From: an uncultured Candidatus Rokubacteria bacterium
GTDB lineage: Bacteria > Methylomirabilota > Methylomirabilia > Rokubacteriales > CSP1-6
DNA length: 64,000 nt
Reading direction: 5' to 3'
NCBI GenBank assembly: GCA_963747235.1
Contig: CAVVEU010000017.1
Span: 1-64,000, forward strand
Shown here: one piece after another, positions 41,521 through 52,385 of the stretch
How the letters are laid out: the number at the start of each line of letters is the position of its first letter
Position numbering within the stretch: position 1 is the stretch's first letter
Program-made: the position numbers and the translations under genes
The notes under the pieces: generated by a model
The model's database searches: none
What the model was told of the DNA's origin: nothing
Seen by the model: only the letters and a program-made list of their open reading frames with translations

Positions 41521-43047
41521 TCAACGGTAGGAGATGTCGTACAGGATGATGCGCTGATCGCCGCGGGCCTGGTACTTCACCTCGTTCCGGACTCCGTCGA
41601 TCATCTCGCCCTGGAAGAGGAAGAGCTCGGGGGCCTCGTCGTGCCAGATCTGCGCCGCCTCCTGGTAGTTCCGCAGGCGCTTCGGCACGTCCAGCGTCAC
41701 CCGCGCCTCCTCCATCAGCCTGTAGAACGGCGTGCCTTCGTAATTGCCGGGCCAGCTCTGGTGGAGGATGCCGCCGGGGCCGCGCAGCCGCCAGAGCACG
41801 CCGTCCGCGTCGTACGTCGTGCTGGCCGGATCGGCGAGCAGCAGGCCGGGGAACGTGTTGGTCCGCAGGAGCTGGCTCCGCTGCGAGGGCTCGAGGACGC
41901 CGACCTTGGCGCGGATCCCCGCGTCCTGGAGCATGAGGGCCACCGCCTCGCTGAGCTGGCGATCGTTCAGATGGATGCCGTTGCCGCTCTGGATCTCGAT
42001 GTCCACTCCGTTCGGAAAGCCGGCCTCGGCGAGGAGCTGCTTGGCCCGGGCCGGATCGTACGGGTACGGCTTGATCTTGGCGTTGTAGCCGAAGTCGGTG
42101 TTGGGGATGCCGCTCCCGATCGGGATCGCGTAGCCGCGGTAGAGCTCCTTGATGATCTTGTCCTTGTCCACCGCGTAGTTCAGCGCCTGCCGGACCTTGG
42201 TGATGGCGAGCGGTCCCTTCTGCGCGTTGACGAGGTACACCGTGACCAGGTTGGTGAGCGTGTGCTCGACCCGGCAGCACCCCTTCTCGATCTGCGCGAC
42301 CTGGTCCGGGACGACCTTGGTGATGATCTGGGCCTCGCCGCGGGTGAGCGCGGCGACCCGCGCGAAGTTGTCCGGGATGGGCCGCCAGATCACCTTCTTG
42401 ATCTTGGGGGCGCCGCGCCAGTAGGCGGGATTGGCCTCCAGCACCACCCGGTCGTCCTTGACCCACTCCACGAACTTGTAGGGACCGGTGCCGACCGGCT
42501 TGATGCCGAAGGTCTTCCAGTCCACCTGCTTGAGGTACTGGGGCGGCAGCATCTGCCCGCCGTAGCCCGCGAAGCGCTTCACCAGGATCGGGTCCGGCTT
42601 GCTGGTCACGATATTGACCGTGTTGGCGTCGACCACGTCGGCCCGCTCGATGGTGCTGAAGCCACCGTAGACCTGGTGCACGCCCTTGGTGATCAGCCGG
42701 TCCACCGTGAACTTCACCGACTCCGCGTTGAACGGCTCGCCGTTGTGGAACTTCACGCCCTGGCGGAGCTTGAACTGCCAGGTGAGCGGGTCGACGCTGC
42801 GCCAGGAGACGGCCAGCTCGGGCACGAGCTTGCCGATGTCCTTCGGGTCCCACGTCACCAGCGCGTCGTAGATGTTGTAGAAGAGGTTCAGGTTGTGGAT
42901 CTGGGTGGCCTGGGTCGGATCGAGGGTCGTGATGTCGGCACCCTGGGCGATCACCAGATCCTGAGCGACGGCGGGACCGGCGGGGAGCGCGACCGCGAGC
43001 AGGGTCAGGCCGAGACCGAGTGTGACGGCGAGAACGGTGCGTTGCAT
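41521..43047 (-). CDS. ABC substrate-binding protein family 5
   Basis: signal peptide, LRQGVKFHNG, GTGPYK, VRQALNYAVD. Confidence 0.9.
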   Translation of the reverse strand: MQRTVLAVTLGLGLTLLAVALPAGPAVAQDLVIAQGADITTLDPTQATQIHNLNLFYNIYDALVTWDPKDIGKLVPELAVSWRSVDPLTWQFKLRQGVKFHNGEPFNAESVKFTVDRLITKGVHQVYGGFSTIERADVVDANTVNIVTSKPDPILVKRFAGYGGQMLPPQYLKQVDWKTFGIKPVGTGPYKFVEWVKDDRVVLEANPAYWRGAPKIKKVIWRPIPDNFARVAALTRGEAQIITKVVPDQVAQIEKGCCRVEHTLTNLVTVYLVNAQKGPLAITKVRQALNYAVDKDKIIKELYRGYAIPIGSGIPNTDFGYNAKIKPYPYDPARAKQLLAEAGFPNGVDIEIQSGNGIHLNDRQLSEAVALMLQDAGIRAKVGVLEPSQRSQLLRTNTFPGLLLADPASTTYDADGVLWRLRGPGGILHQSWPGNYEGTPFYRLMEEARVTLDVPKRLRNYQEAAQIWHDEAPELFLFQGEMIDGVRNEVKYQARGDQRIILYDISYR

Positions 43048-43084
43048 CAGGGTGACCTCCTTGGAATGAGCACGGGGGTGACGA

Positions 43085-44263
43085 TCAGAACGGCCAGCTG
43101 CCATAGCGGCCCTGGAGCATCGGCGGGCGCCCGAAGCGCTCCGACGAGAATGGCTCGGCGTCGACCACCGACACGCGGCCGTCCACCACCAGCTCCGCGA
43201 CCATCTCGCCGATCACCGGCGAGTGCTTGAACCCGTGCCCGCTGAAGCCGAGCGCGTGGACGAGCCCGGGGACCTTTGGGCTGCGCTCGATGACGAAGTG
43301 CAGGTCGGGCGTCAGGTCGTAGACCGAGGCGTAGCCGCCCACCGCCTCCGCGTCGGCGAATCCCGGGAAGCGGCGCGCCGCCGCCTCCGCGGTCCACGCC
43401 ACGCGGTCCGCGTCCACCCGCTCGGAGAACGCGTCGGGATCGACGGGAGCGCTGACCCCGGCGCGATTGCGCGTCCCGACCAGCACGAGGCCGCCCGTCT
43501 CCGGCCGGTAGTAGACGCGGTCCACCATGTCCACGAGGACGGGGCGCGGGGCCGCCGCGTCGGCCCGGGGCCGCAGGATCACGAGCTGCTGCCGGCTCGC
43601 TACGATCGGCAGGTCCACCCCGACCGCGCGCGAGAGCGCCGCGCCCCAGGGCCCGGCCGCGTTCACCACGGTGGCCGTCTCCAGCGGGCCGGCGGAGGTG
43701 CGGACACCCGAGATCCGCCCGCCGGTCACCGTGAAGCCCGAGACGTGGCAGTCCTGGCGGATCTCCACGCCGAGCTCGCGGGCGCGCGCGGCGTAGGCCT
43801 GACTGACGCCGGCCGGATCGCCATAGCCGGTGTCGGTCTCCCAGGCCGCGCCGCCCAGGCCGTCGACCGCGAGTCCGGGCACCACGCGCACGAGATCGCG
43901 CGGGGTCAGCTCTTCCACCTTGACCCCGAGCCGCTGCATCATCGCGATCGTGTCGCGCATGGCCGGCACGTCTTCCGGCGCGAGCGCCATCACGAGCCCG
44001 CAGCGGGTGATCTCGGCCGGGCGGCCGGTCAGCTCCTCGAAGTTGTTGTAGGCCTCGAACGAGCGCGCGGCCATCCGGGCGTAGAGCTCGATCGAGTAGT
44101 GGCGGCGCAGCAGCGCGCTCGATCGTCCGGTGGGGCCGGAGGCCACATGGTGCTTCTCGAGCAGCACGATCCGGCCGGCCCGCCGGCGGGCGAGCTGCAG
44201 CGCGATGGAGGTGCCCATCACGCCCCCGCCCACGATGACGACGTCAGCGGTCGCGGCGGCCAT
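43085..44263 (-). CDS. FAD-dependent oxidoreductase (DAO/sarcosine oxidase beta-like)
   Basis: VGGGVMG, NAAGPW, TPD, GFSGHGFK. Confidence 0.88.
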   Translation of the reverse strand: MAAATADVVIVGGGVMGTSIALQLARRRAGRIVLLEKHHVASGPTGRSSALLRRHYSIELYARMAARSFEAYNNFEELTGRPAEITRCGLVMALAPEDVPAMRDTIAMMQRLGVKVEELTPRDLVRVVPGLAVDGLGGAAWETDTGYGDPAGVSQAYAARARELGVEIRQDCHVSGFTVTGGRISGVRTSAGPLETATVVNAAGPWGAALSRAVGVDLPIVASRQQLVILRPRADAAAPRPVLVDMVDRVYYRPETGGLVLVGTRNRAGVSAPVDPDAFSERVDADRVAWTAEAAARRFPGFADAEAVGGYASVYDLTPDLHFVIERSPKVPGLVHALGFSGHGFKHSPVIGEMVAELVVDGRVSVVDAEPFSSERFGRPPMLQGRYGSWPF

Positions 44264-44269
44264 GAGCGA

Positions 44270-45205
44270 TCAGCCGTAGACCGGGATGCGCCACTCCGGG
44301 TGAGGCGCCGAGCCGTCGCGCACCACGCGGAAGTACGCGTCGCGGACCTTGGCGGTGAGCGGCCCCATGGCGCCCTCGCCGACCGGGCGCCGGTCCACCG
44401 ACAGGATCGGCGTGACCTCGGCGGCGGTGCCCGCGAAGAAGGCCTCGTCGGCGACGTAGAGCTCGGTGCGGTCGATCTCGCGCTGCTCGACCGAGACGCC
44501 CAGCGACTCCGGGAACAGGGTGAGCAGGGTGGAGCGGGTGACCCCTTCCAGGATATTGCTCGTCACCGACGGGGTCATCGGCTGCTCGTCGCGGACGAGG
44601 AAGAGCGTGTAACCGGGACCCTCCGCCACGCTGCCGTCCTGGTTGAGCATGATCGCGTCGTCGTAGCCGTCGGTCTTGGCCTGGAGCAGGGCGAGCCGGC
44701 TGTTCTGGTAGTTGGCGGCCGCCTTCACGCGGGCCGGGATCGCGTTGTCCGCGGTGCGGTGCCACGAGCTCACCCCCACGTGGAGGCCGGCGGTCTCGAA
44801 GTAGCGCGTGGTGGGGATGGGCGCGATCACGTAGCCGACCGGTTCCCGCGAGGCGAGCCCGCCGTCGTCGGTGTCCACGAAGACGATCAGGCGCACGTGC
44901 AGGTCCTCGTGCAGCTCGTTGGCCCGGATGATCTCGAGCGTCTCGCGCTCGAGCCGGGCCGCGTCGGCGGGCAGGGGGATGCGGGCGATCTTGGCCGATC
45001 GCTCGAGGCGCCGCAGGTGCTCGCGCGGGCGGAACACGTAGAGCTGCTGGTCCACGTCGCTCCAGTAGGCGCGCATGGCCTCGTAGACGCTGGCCGCGTA
45101 CTTCATCGCGGTGGAGAGCACGTGGACGCGCGCGTCCTCGTAGGGGACGATCTTGCCGGACATGTTCAGGAGGCGGGGCTTGGCCATGGTCGTGGGCGGG
45201 CTCAT
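44270..45205 (-). CDS. ilvE: branched-chain amino acid transaminase (class IV)
   Basis: KAAANYQNS, GYDDAIMLN, ILEGVTR, GTAAEVTP; start may be 45187. Confidence 0.8.
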   Translation of the reverse strand: MSPPTTMAKPRLLNMSGKIVPYEDARVHVLSTAMKYAASVYEAMRAYWSDVDQQLYVFRPREHLRRLERSAKIARIPLPADAARLERETLEIIRANELHEDLHVRLIVFVDTDDGGLASREPVGYVIAPIPTTRYFETAGLHVGVSSWHRTADNAIPARVKAAANYQNSRLALLQAKTDGYDDAIMLNQDGSVAEGPGYTLFLVRDEQPMTPSVTSNILEGVTRSTLLTLFPESLGVSVEQREIDRTELYVADEAFFAGTAAEVTPILSVDRRPVGEGAMGPLTAKVRDAYFRVVRDGSAPHPEWRIPVYG

Positions 45206-45253
45206 GTATACCAGCAATGGGTAGCGTTGCCAATCGCGCGGTCCGCCGTCGCC

Positions 45254-45282
45254 TTGACAGGAGCCGGAGCCGAGCCTAGTCT
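45254..45282 (+). promoter_or_regulatory. sigma70-type promoter TTGACA-17-TAGTCT
   Basis: consensus -35 and spacing upstream of the class III aminotransferase. Confidence 0.55.
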
Positions 45283-45335
45283 TCTCTCGTTCCCGACGCG
45301 GGTTCCCGTAACTCTCACCGAGACGAGGTTCCGCC

Positions 45336-46656
45336 ATGGCCGACACCGATCAAGACCCGCTCCGCCGAAGAGACCAAGCTGCTCGAGCGCGCGCGCCAGC
45401 GCCTGCCCGGCGGCGTGCTGGGCACCTCCCGCTACGCCGATGACGTGGGCTTCGTGGTCAAGCACGGCAAGGGCTCGAAGATCTACGACGTGAGCGGGCG
45501 CGAGTACATCGACTACGTGATGGCCTCCGGCCCGCTGGTGCTGGGCCACGCCCATCCCGCGGTGGTGGCCGCGGTGCGCGCGCAGCTCGAGGCCGGCACG
45601 ACGTACTTCATGGTGACCGAGCCGATCATCGAGCTGGCCGAGGAGATCTGCCGCGCGGTGCCGTGCGCCGAGCAGGTGCGCTTCACCTCGACGGGCTCCG
45701 AGGCGACCTTCTTCGCGCTGCGCGTGGCCCGCACCGCGCGGCAGCGCGACAAGATCCTCAAGTTCGAGGGCGGCTACCACGGCGCCCACGACTACTCGAT
45801 GATGAGCTCGACCCCGCGCTCGCCCAAGGCCTTCCCCGCGCCGGTCCCGGACTCCTCCGGCATCCCGCACTCGCTGGAGGCCGAGGTGCTGATCGCGCCC
45901 TTCAACGACCTGGCGACGGTCGAGGGCATCGTGGCCACCCACGCCGACGAGCTGGCCGCGGTGATCGTCGAGCCGTTCCAGCGGCTGATCCCGCCCCAGC
46001 CCGGGTTCCTGCAGGGCCTGCGCGACATCACGCGGCGCCACGGCATCCTGCTGGTCTTCGACGAGGTCGTCACCGGCTTCCGCCTGGCCTACGGCGGCGC
46101 GCAGCAGTACTACGGCGTGGTCCCGGACATCGCCTGCGTCGGCAAGATCGTGGGCGGCGGCTTCCCGCTCGCCGCGGTCTGCGCCTCCGCCGACCTGATG
46201 CAGCCCTTCGATCCGGGGCAGGACGGCAAGGGCGACTTCATCTCGCAATCCGGCACGCTCAACGGCAATCCCATCGCGGCCGTCGCGGGCCTGGCGACCC
46301 TGGCCGAGCTGCGCAAGCCCGGCGCGTACGAGCGGTTTCACGGCACCGGCAGCCGCCTGATGGCCGGCCTCGCCGAGCTGGCCCGGAAGTCGGGCCTCCC
46401 GGCCCAGGTGGTGGGCGAGCCCGTGCTCTTCGACATCCTCTTCACCAGCGAGCCCGTCATCGACTACCGGTCGCTGCAGAAGGCCGACGGCGCCCTGGCC
46501 CGCGCCTTCACCACCGAGCTGATCAAGCGCGGCGTGGTGAAGAACACCCAGAAGATGTACATGTCCCTGGCCCATACCGACGCCGACGTGGCCACGACGC
46601 TCCAAGCCTGCGAAGACGCTCTCAAGACGCTGCCGAGGAAAAAGACGCGATCCTGA
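45336..46656 (+). CDS. class III aminotransferase, glutamate-1-semialdehyde aminomutase-like (frameshift near 45348)
   Basis: LGHAHP, STGSEAT, FEGGYHG, FDEVVTGFR, GKIVGGGFP. Confidence 0.85.
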
Positions 46657-46687
46657 CCGGCACCAGGCGCGCGGGCGGGGCAGGGCC

Positions 46688-47515
46688 GTGATCCGCCTGG
46701 CCGAGTGCACGTATCGCGGGGTGGCGCGCCTGGCCCGCGACCCGCGGATCCTCGTGATCCTGCCGCTCGGCGCCATCGAGCAGCACGGCCCGCACCTGCC
46801 GCTGCTGGTGGACTGGCTGGGCGCGGAGGAGCTCGCGCGCCACGTGGCCCCGCATCTCGAGCGCGCAGGGTACAAGGTGGTTCTGGCCCCGTCGATGCCG
46901 TACGGCGCGAGCCCGCTCGCGGAGACCTGGCCCGGCACCGTCTCGCTCTCGCGCACGACGTTGAAGCGCGTCATCGTGGAGGTGATCGGCAGCCTCGCGC
47001 GCCACGGCTTCCGGCGCTTCGTGCTCGCGAACTACCAGGCCGATCCGGCCCACGTGCGGGCCATGGCCGAGGCGAAGCGGGCGCTCACGCGAGGCGATCG
47101 ACGGCTCCGCATCCTCTTCGCGGGCTTCAGCCCGGAGGCGCGGAGCATGGCGGTGATGCTCGACCCGCGAGTCCTCAGGCTGTCGCGCAGCCCGAGCCCG
47201 ACGGGGGAGTGGCACGCCGGCGAGCTCGAGACCGCGCTGGTGCTGGCGCGGCGGCCGGACCTGGTGCGCCGGGCGGTGGCCCGCCGGCTGCCGCCGGTGT
47301 GGGTGGACTTCCGGGCCGCGCTCCGCCAGGGGGCGCGGCGGTTCGAGCAGATCGCGCCGGGAGGAGCCGGCTACTTCGGCTGGCCGGCCGCGGCCCGGGC
47401 GGTGACGGCGAAGCGCGCGCTCGCGCTGCGGGGCAGGCTCATGGCGAGGGAGATCATCCGCGCGCTCGGCCCCGCCGCCCGGACGCCGTCGGCCAGAGGC
47501 CGGGCCCGCCGCTGA
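46688..47515 (+). CDS. creatininase family protein
   Basis: PLGAIEQHGPHLP..D, HAGELETA. Confidence 0.85.
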   Translation: MIRLAECTYRGVARLARDPRILVILPLGAIEQHGPHLPLLVDWLGAEELARHVAPHLERAGYKVVLAPSMPYGASPLAETWPGTVSLSRTTLKRVIVEVIGSLARHGFRRFVLANYQADPAHVRAMAEAKRALTRGDRRLRILFAGFSPEARSMAVMLDPRVLRLSRSPSPTGEWHAGELETALVLARRPDLVRRAVARRLPPVWVDFRAALRQGARRFEQIAPGGAGYFGWPAAARAVTAKRALALRGRLMAREIIRALGPAARTPSARGRARR

Positions 47516-47716
47516 TCAGGGCGCGAGGGAAGCCGACTGGAACTCGCAGAAGCCCGCGATCAGCTCGCCGCGCCACCAGCCGCCCCGGCGCTCGCAGATC
47601 GCCCGGAGCTCGGCGTCGGTGTAGGTCGGCCCCTGCGGCATGGTGCTGCAGGCGCTGAACAGGCCGGCCGCCGCGGCGGCCAGCAGCACTCCGAGTAGAA
47701 TCTTCCGGGTCTTCAT
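47516..47716 (-). CDS. small putative lipoprotein
   Basis: MKTRKILLGVLLAAAAAGLFSAC lipobox-like; GGAG RBS. Confidence 0.65.
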   Translation of the reverse strand: MKTRKILLGVLLAAAAAGLFSACSTMPQGPTYTDAELRAICERRGGWWRGELIAGFCEFQSASLAP

Positions 47717-47784
47717 TCTCCACCCTCCCCACACACAACTATGATGCGGCAGGGAGGGTTCCGGATTCGCGCGCCGGGAGGTCC

Positions 47785-48766
47785 TTACGTGGCGAGCGCG
47801 TAGGCCTGGTCGATGAGCCGCACCGCGCGCAGGCAGTCGTGCACGCTGATCGGGGGCGTCGCGCCCCGCTGCCACGACTCGAGGATGTCGCGGATCGCCC
47901 CGAAGTAGCGCGCGTCGCTGTCCGGGCACGGCGTGGTCTCGTCGCCCTGGGCGGTGGCCAGCTTCAGCTCGCCGTCCTTCAGGGTGAGGATGGCGTCGCG
48001 CCCGGCGAGCTTCCACTCCCCGTCGGTGCCCACGCGCGGGAAGCCGTTGCCGACCTCGACGGTGCCCAGGATGCCGGTGGCGGAGCGCAGCAGCACCGAG
48101 GCGTAGTCCTCCACGCGCTGGCCGTGGGCGCGCGTGCTGATCTGGGCGCCGGTCACCTGCGCGTCCTCGCCGGTCAGGTACAGGAACATGTCGAGGCCGT
48201 GCGAGCCCAGGTTGCGGAGGCAGCCGCCGCCCGCCTCGGCCGGGTCGAGCATCCACGCCGAGTCCCACGCCGGGTAGCGCGCGGGCGCGGGGCGGTTGAT
48301 GCGCACGTAGAGGTGGGAGACGGGGCCGAAGCGCCCCTCGGCCAGGAGCTGGCGGGCGCGCACCGCGAAGGGCTGGTAGCGCTGGAAGAGCGGCACCGCG
48401 GCGTAGCCCTTCAGGCGCGTGGCCTTCTCCGCGATGGACTGCACCTCCGCGGCGCTGATGCCCATCGGCTTCTCCATCATGAAGGGCAGGCCACGGTCGA
48501 GCAGATCGTGGGCGATCTTCGCCATCTGCCGGTGGCGCCCCAGGCCCAGCACGAAGTCGGGCTTGGTCTCCGCCAGCATCCGCGGGTAGTCGGTGAAGGT
48601 CGGGCGGACCGCCCACCGCGTCCGCACGCTTCTTCGCGAGCGCGGCGTCGCTGTCCTGCACGCCGACCAGGGCCACGTCGGGCATCGCGGAGAGATGGCG
48701 GAGATACGCGGCGTCGTGCACGGCGTGCCAGTGCCCGACCTCGATGGCGGCGATGCGGATCGTCAT
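47785..48766 (-). CDS. Gfo/Idh/MocA family oxidoreductase (frameshifted near 48610)
   Basis: MEKPMG, GGGCLRNLGSHGLD; N-terminus in another frame. Confidence 0.85.
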
Positions 48767-48929
48767 GAAATCCTCCGGAGGGGACGCAAGATGTGGGGCC
48801 GCACGGGGTGATCATATAGATGTACGGGGGCGGAGGGCATCGCGAACACCATACATGGTACGTCGCGCGCGCGCGACCAGATGTATGGGGAATTGACGCC
48901 GAGACGCGGCCGGCCCGATGCTCGCGCCC

Positions 48930-49303
48930 ATGATGACCACCAGACGATCTGCACGCGTTCTTCGAGCGAGGCTGGAACCGTCACGACGTGGACCTGCTGA
49001 TGACCTTCATGGCCGAGGACTGTGTCTTCGAATCCACCGCGGGCCCCGAGGCCTGCGGCGCGCGCCACGCCGGGCGGGAGGCGCGTGCGCCAGGCGTTCG
49101 CGCGGGTGTTCGAGGTGTTCCCGGACGCGCGGTTCGGGGAGGCGCGCCACTTCGTCGCGGGCGACCGCGGCGTCTCGGAGTGGCGCTTCACCGGGACCAC
49201 CGCGGAGGGCAAGACCGTCGAGGTGGACGGCTGCGATCTCTTCACCTTCGCGGGCGACAAGATCGCGCGCAAGAGCGCGTATTTCAAGACCCGCACGGCC
49301 TGA
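48930..49303 (+). CDS. SnoaL/NTF2-like protein (two frameshifts)
   Basis: WNRHDVDLLMTFMAEDCVF; GVSEWRFTGT..GCDLFTF..KI. Confidence 0.75.
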
Positions 49304-49403
49304 GCGGCTACCGCGTAAACGCCCCGGGACTTAATTCCGTCTGACGGACAATAGCTGCCAGGGCCGGTCCCGGCCCCACCCCGTCACGAGGAGGAACAGT
49401 CCC

Positions 49404-49718
49404 ATGCACGTTGCGAAAATTGCCATGATCGGGATCGTCACGCTCGCGGTCGCCACGCCCGCCTTCGCGCAGGAGACGCGCGTGGATCGCCGGCAGGAGC
49501 GCCAGGAGCAGCGGATCGACCAGGGCGTCAAGTCCGGCGCCCTGACTCCCCGCGAGACCCGGAAGCTCGAGCGGGGCCAGCGGCACGTCGAGAAGCTCGA
49601 GACGAAGGCCCAGGCCGACGGCAAGGTCACGGCCAGGGAGAAGGCCCGGCTCGAGCACGCGCAGGACGTGCAGAGCAAGCGCATCTACAAGCAGAAGCAC
49701 GACGCCCAGACCCGTTAA
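49404..49718 (+). CDS. secreted hypothetical protein
   Basis: signal peptide (PAFA), RQERQEQRIDQGVKSGALTPRE; GAGGAGG RBS. Confidence 0.75.
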   Translation: MHVAKIAMIGIVTLAVATPAFAQETRVDRRQERQEQRIDQGVKSGALTPRETRKLERGQRHVEKLETKAQADGKVTAREKARLEHAQDVQSKRIYKQKHDAQTR

Positions 49719-50386
49719 CGCGGCAGGGCGCGGGCGGCGGTGAGGATCTCCTCCTCCGAGGGGAACTTGCCGACGCCCGCGAGGCCCTCGGCGCCGCACT
49801 CGATATTGGCCCAGCGGACGATGCCGTCGCGATCGATCATGAACTGGCCCTTGAGCTGGGGCCACTGGCGAGTCAGGTCGCCCTTGTCGGTGTCGGTCTC
49901 GGTGTAACCGTCCTGCTTCGCCGTGGCCATCGCGGCCTCCGTGATGGGCAGCGGCGCCGGGAACTCGCCATGGGGATTGATCCGTACCGTCTCCAGGTCC
50001 TTCAGGAACTCCGGGGTCGGCGTCGGCCTCGGCAGACGGTACGCGCGGTGGGTGGACATCTCCGGATCGGAGGCCAGGCGCATGCGGGCCGGCCGGTACT
50101 TGAAGTAGAGCCGGGCGTTCTCGGGGGCGGTGGCCACGATCCCCAGGGTCTCCACGCCGAGCGCCTTGAGCTTGCTCTCGACCTTGCCCATCTGCGCGAT
50201 CGATCGCCGGCAGAACGGGCACCAGAGCCCGACGAACAGGGCGAGGAAGACGGGGCTGCGGCCCCGGTACTCGGCCAGTGAGACGGTTTCCGGCCGGTCC
50301 ACGGCCGGGAGGCTGAAGTCGGGCGCGGGCTCACCCGGCGCGACCGGCGGACGGGATTCAGTCGTCATGTCGGACTCCTTCGTCAT
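49715..50386 (-). CDS. AhpC/TSA peroxiredoxin-like protein (Cys form, WCPFC)
   Basis: APDFSLP, GLWCPFC, FMIDRDGIVRW; start may be 50368. Confidence 0.85.
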   Translation of the reverse strand: MTKESDMTTESRPPVAPGEPAPDFSLPAVDRPETVSLAEYRGRSPVFLALFVGLWCPFCRRSIAQMGKVESKLKALGVETLGIVATAPENARLYFKYRPARMRLASDPEMSTHRAYRLPRPTPTPEFLKDLETVRINPHGEFPAPLPITEAAMATAKQDGYTETDTDKGDLTRQWPQLKGQFMIDRDGIVRWANIECGAEGLAGVGKFPSEEEILTAARALPR

Positions 50387-51426
50387 CTATACGCGGCCAG
50401 GACCGCCTGGGCGAGCTCGCGCGTTCTGGCCGTGCCGCCCTGGTCCGGAGTGAGCACCTTCCCGTCGCGGTAGATGCGCCCCACCGCGGCCTCCAGGCGC
50501 TGCGCCTCCGCGATCATCCCCATGTGCTCCAGCATCAGCGCCGCCGACAGGATCGTCGCGGTGGGATTCGCGATGCCCTTGCCCGCGATGTCGGGGGCCG
50601 AGCCGTGGACGGATTCGAAGTAGGCCCAGCCGTCGCCGAAGTTGCCGGACGGGGCCAGCCCGAGGCCGCCCGCCGTCTCCGCGCCCAGGTCGGAGAGGAT
50701 GTCGCCGTAGAGGTTCATGCACAGCACCACGTCCATTGCCTTCGGGAAGCGCACGAGGCGCCGCGCGGCGTCGTCCACGTGGAAGTGCTCGAAGGGCAGC
50801 CCCGCCGCGCGCACCACGTTCGCGACGATCTCGTCGTAGAGCCCGTCGGTGCGCGGCAGCACGTTCGACTTGGTCACCAGCGTGATCTTGCCCGGCTTGC
50901 CGCGCTTCTGCCGTCGCCGCGCCAGGTCGCAGGCGAAGCGGGCGATGCGGTCGGCGCCGCGCGGGGTGACCACCTTCACCGCGAAGCGCCCCTCGGTGCC
51001 GAAGTCCTTCAAGCGCTTTCCGGTCCGGTCCGCGAGGTCCGGCAGGAGCCGCACGATCTCGGCCAGGTCGCCCTCGCGGCCCGGGTAGAGGCCCTCGCTG
51101 TTCTCGCGCAGCAGCACGTAGTCGATGCCGTCGGGATCGGCCAGCGGCGAGCGCATCCCCGGGAAGAAGCGGATCGGCCGCACGCCGGCCCACGCGGACA
51201 TCTCCCAGCGGAGCCAGGAGACCACGAGCGAGGTGGACGGCCCCGCCGCGCCGAAGAGCACGCCGTCGGCCTCGCGGGCCGCGCGCTTGGTCTCCTCGGG
51301 CAGGGGCGAGCCCTGGGGCGGCGTGAGGATCTTGAGCGGCAGGCCCGTGCCCATCAGCAGCTCGCACGTGGCGTCCACGACTTCGGGACCGATCCCTTCA
51401 CCCGGCAGCGCGACTATTGTCTTCAT
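50383..51426 (-). CDS. isocitrate/isopropylmalate dehydrogenase family protein
   Basis: [37 protein letters not shown]. Confidence 0.9.
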   Translation of the reverse strand: MKTIVALPGEGIGPEVVDATCELLMGTGLPLKILTPPQGSPLPEETKRAAREADGVLFGAAGPSTSLVVSWLRWEMSAWAGVRPIRFFPGMRSPLADPDGIDYVLLRENSEGLYPGREGDLAEIVRLLPDLADRTGKRLKDFGTEGRFAVKVVTPRGADRIARFACDLARRRQKRGKPGKITLVTKSNVLPRTDGLYDEIVANVVRAAGLPFEHFHVDDAARRLVRFPKAMDVVLCMNLYGDILSDLGAETAGGLGLAPSGNFGDGWAYFESVHGSAPDIAGKGIANPTATILSAALMLEHMGMIAEAQRLEAAVGRIYRDGKVLTPDQGGTARTRELAQAVLAAYR

Positions 51427-51441
51427 GGGCCACCTCCTCCT

Positions 51442-51467
51442 GGGGTCAGGTCTTGCATCGAGACATT
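51442..51467 (+). repeat. dispersed intergenic repeat, copy 2
   Basis: matches 37843-37868. Confidence 0.7.
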
Positions 51468-51508
51468 CGCAGCGGTCATGTGCGAATCTACCACCAAAGG
51501 AGCCTGCC

Positions 51509-52381
51509 ATGGCTGACGCGCTGTCCACGATCCTCGAGACGACCCAGGCCGAGCGCCTGGCGACGGGCTTCGTCTTCACCGAGGGGCCGCTCTGGCACCC
51601 CGACGGGTTCTACTACTTCGTGGACGTGCGCGCGAGCATGCTCTACCGGATCACCCCCGGGCGCCCGCACGAGGTGGTGCGCGAGAAGACCGGCGGCGGC
51701 AACGGCACCACGTTCGACCTGCAGGGGCGGTTGATCCTCTGCGAGGGGGACAACCGGCGCGTCGTGCGGCAGGGCGCCGACGGCCGGTTCGAGGTGCTCA
51801 TGGATCGCTTCGAGGGCAAGCGCCTGAACCGGCCCAACGACGTGGTCTGCAAGTCCGACGGGAGCATCTACTTCACGGACCCGGGCCTGCGCGTGCCGCT
51901 GGCGGAGCGAGAAGTGCCGCACGCCGGTGTCTACCGGGTCGGCCCCGACGGGGCGGTGAGCCTCGTGGCGGATTTCGAGTACCCGAACGGGCTCGCCTTC
52001 TCGCCCGACGAGCGGCTGCTCTACGTGGCCAACACCCGCTGGGCGCAGTACATCCACGTGCTCGAGCTGGACGGCGACGGCCGGATGCTGCGCCGGCGCA
52101 TCTTCGCCGACATGTCGTCCGACGAGACCGACGGCGTGCCCGACGGCATGAAGGTGGACGTCGAGGGCCGCGTCTACTGCACGGGCCCGGGCGGCACCTG
52201 GGTCTTCGCCCCCGACGGCACGCGACTCGGCATCATCCGCACGCCCGAGGTGCCGGCCAACCTGGCCTTCGGCGGCCCCGACCTGCGCACGCTCTTCTTC
52301 ACCGCGCGCACCTCCGTCTACACGCTGCGCGCGAAGGTGCCCGGGCAGCCGCACCCGTGGTACCGGCTGCGGGCCCGGTGA
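51509..52381 (+). CDS. SMP-30/gluconolactonase family protein
   Basis: FTEGPLW, NRPND, PNGLAFSPDE, PDGMKVD. Confidence 0.9.
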   Translation: MADALSTILETTQAERLATGFVFTEGPLWHPDGFYYFVDVRASMLYRITPGRPHEVVREKTGGGNGTTFDLQGRLILCEGDNRRVVRQGADGRFEVLMDRFEGKRLNRPNDVVCKSDGSIYFTDPGLRVPLAEREVPHAGVYRVGPDGAVSLVADFEYPNGLAFSPDERLLYVANTRWAQYIHVLELDGDGRMLRRRIFADMSSDETDGVPDGMKVDVEGRVYCTGPGGTWVFAPDGTRLGIIRTPEVPANLAFGGPDLRTLFFTARTSVYTLRAKVPGQPHPWYRLRAR

Positions 52382-52385
52382 CGGG

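Noticed and set aside
39695-42853. Very long ORFs (1052 aa here; also 922, 854, 838, 811 aa elsewhere)
   Set aside because: Arg/Pro/Gly-rich shadow or off-frame extensions caused by high GC; the real genes are shorter or on the other strand
45336-46656. Assigning the symbol hemL
   Set aside because: The family is clear, but there is no tetrapyrrole context and such paralogues are common
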